A stretch of DNA of 59,406 nucleotides, filler included, from Sphacelaria rigidula (lineage: Eukaryota), in NCBI GenBank assembly GCA_964200075.2. It is 7 parts of 7 records of this genome, joined end to end, with 100 filler letters (N's around TTAATTAATTAA, not from the genome) between each part and the next. Parts side by side here need not be neighbours in the genome. Positions count along the whole stretch, not along the records: positions 51,007 to 59,406 come from CAXNAA020011273.1; 6 more parts are not named here. One strand, given 5' to 3'. A model generated the notes under the pieces. That model had not been told where the DNA came from, searched no databases, and saw only the letters and a list, made by a program, of their open reading frames with translations. Below, piece by piece: positions 58,220 through 59,406 of the stretch (the stretch's first letter is position 1; each line of letters opens with the position of its first letter). The translations under genes were made by a program, and so were the position numbers.

Positions 58220-58287
58220 GGCATCTTTTAAGCAGGACCTGCGTCTAAGCGCTACGGAACACGTAACAAAGCATGCTGAAAACATAC

Positions 58288-58440
58288 TTCTTTGGACTAG
58301 TCATCGACTTTTCGAGCGCCTCTTGTTGTGTATCTGAGAGAGACTTCATACTGTTGCGCCGGCGACGACCGCCGTCAGCAAAATGATCCAATACGGCAAC
58401 AGACGCCAGCGATCTTTGAAACGCAGCATCATTCAGCAGT
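58288..58440 (-). CDS. Single internal exon of an unknown host gene
   Basis: CAG|..LLNDAAFQRSLASVAVLDHFADGGRRRRNSMKSLSDTQQEALEKSMTSPK..|GTATGT; 153 nt, phase 2-2, open frame. Confidence 0.5.
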
Positions 58441-58808
58441 CTGCTGAGATATACCAGCACACTAAAGTACAGCATCACTTCAGTACAGTCGTCAGTTGGA
58501 CAAAATGGATGTCCCACAATAAAGCTGCAGACACAAACAACGGGGGTAAGGGTTAGACCCACGCCTGGGGTTGTTTCGCCGGTAGTAGTGCCCATGCGAG
58601 GCGCTTCATCTAGTCTGAACCAGCTATCACGCCTTGTATGGCCACTTCCGCCGTGGCTGTGTTGAGAACTGGTTTTGCGGTGAGGCTGTTGAAGGATACT
58701 GTTGTGCAACACGCTTGCACAATCCGAGCCGGTTTTTTTTCAATTTAGAACCGGCTTCAGCTGTAGTTTGAATATCCTCCCTGTCGGTCCCAAACGGGGT
58801 CTGAACTA

Positions 58809-59099
58809 GCGACGGAAAGCACTGGCACCGTCTCCCTCAGATAGGATTTGTGACAACCTCAGGGTTAGGATTAGCGCCCAAGAGAAGTCGTGAAATAACG
58901 GATGGTTTTCTTAGCACTCGTTCATTGTAATGGATATAAAGCGTTCAAGCAAGGAAATTTCGATTTTGAACAGGGAAAGATGTACTACGATACCCCTGAA
59001 TACTATTCTACATGTTTCATTCCGAGCGATGTTCCCCACATACGCCCACAGTTGTCACAAATCCTATCTGAGGAAGAGGGTGCCAGCACTTTCCGTCGA
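58809..59099. mobile_element. TA-flanked MITE (Tc1/mariner-like) with ~48-bp TIRs
   Basis: CGACGGAAAG..CTGGCACC.TCT.CCTCAGATAGGATTTGTGACAAC at 58810-58857, reverse complement at 59051-59098; TA on both sides. Confidence 0.7.
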
Positions 59100-59406
59100 T
59101 ACAGTACGGGGCGGTCTAACCGTCAGATTTTTGTAGTGCGTATTTTTTCGTAGTAATTCAGTATGACTCGTGCGAAATGTATAATTGCGCCGCAATTTTC
59201 GACGGAAGATGGCATGCACTCGATCGCGGATATCTCCGAGTAGAGCGATGGACCAGCCTGAAGGAAGATATCACGTGATAGACCATGCTGTGCGGCAGCT
59301 GCTAAGCGTTGCCGACAGGGGAAAGGCGACTGTGTCATCAAGCACGGTGCGGTGAACGAAGTTGAACAAAACATGACGAACCTCCTGCGTCAAGGTGAAC
59401 GCTTGT

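Noticed and set aside
59123..59260. Additional minus-strand exon of the contig 7 gene
   Set aside because: Acceptor is plausible but no convincing donor or frame could be fixed
1..59406. Stress/proteostasis gene cluster (HSF, TPR protein, RAD50, UBE2C)
   Set aside because: The genes are on separate contigs joined by artificial spacers

Overview
Eukaryotic, intron-rich DNA, most likely a brown alga or related stramenopile (inference from gene structure, composition and repeats). It is not one locus. Seven contigs of 8400-8402 bp (1-8402, 8503-16903, 17004-25404, 25505-33905, 34006-42406, 42507-50906, 51007-59406) are joined by 100-bp N spacers containing TTAATTAATTAA, so adjacency across spacers carries no biology. 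Spliced host genes read by hand: a heat-shock transcription factor (contig 1); exon 1 of 8-amino-7-oxononanoate synthase plus a divergent unknown gene (contig 3); the 3' half of an FKBP/CyP40-type TPR protein (contig 4); four coiled-coil exons of RAD50 (contig 5); UBE2C (contig 6); one exon of an unknown gene (contig 7). Mobile DNA is dense: a full-length decayed chromodomain Ty3/Gypsy element with LTRs and TSD, a gag-like relic with no recognisable pol, two tRNA-headed SINE families, several retroposon 3' ends, and hAT-, piggyBac-, Harbinger- and mariner-like MITEs and foldbacks. Best leads: a decayed intronless family-B DNA polymerase fragment inside a UBE2C intron (possible endogenous virus relic), a ~20-unit 42-bp array in a RAD50 intron, frame-forced GC-AG introns, and long intronic hairpins. 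I found no complete, intact novel system that I can support from sequence alone.
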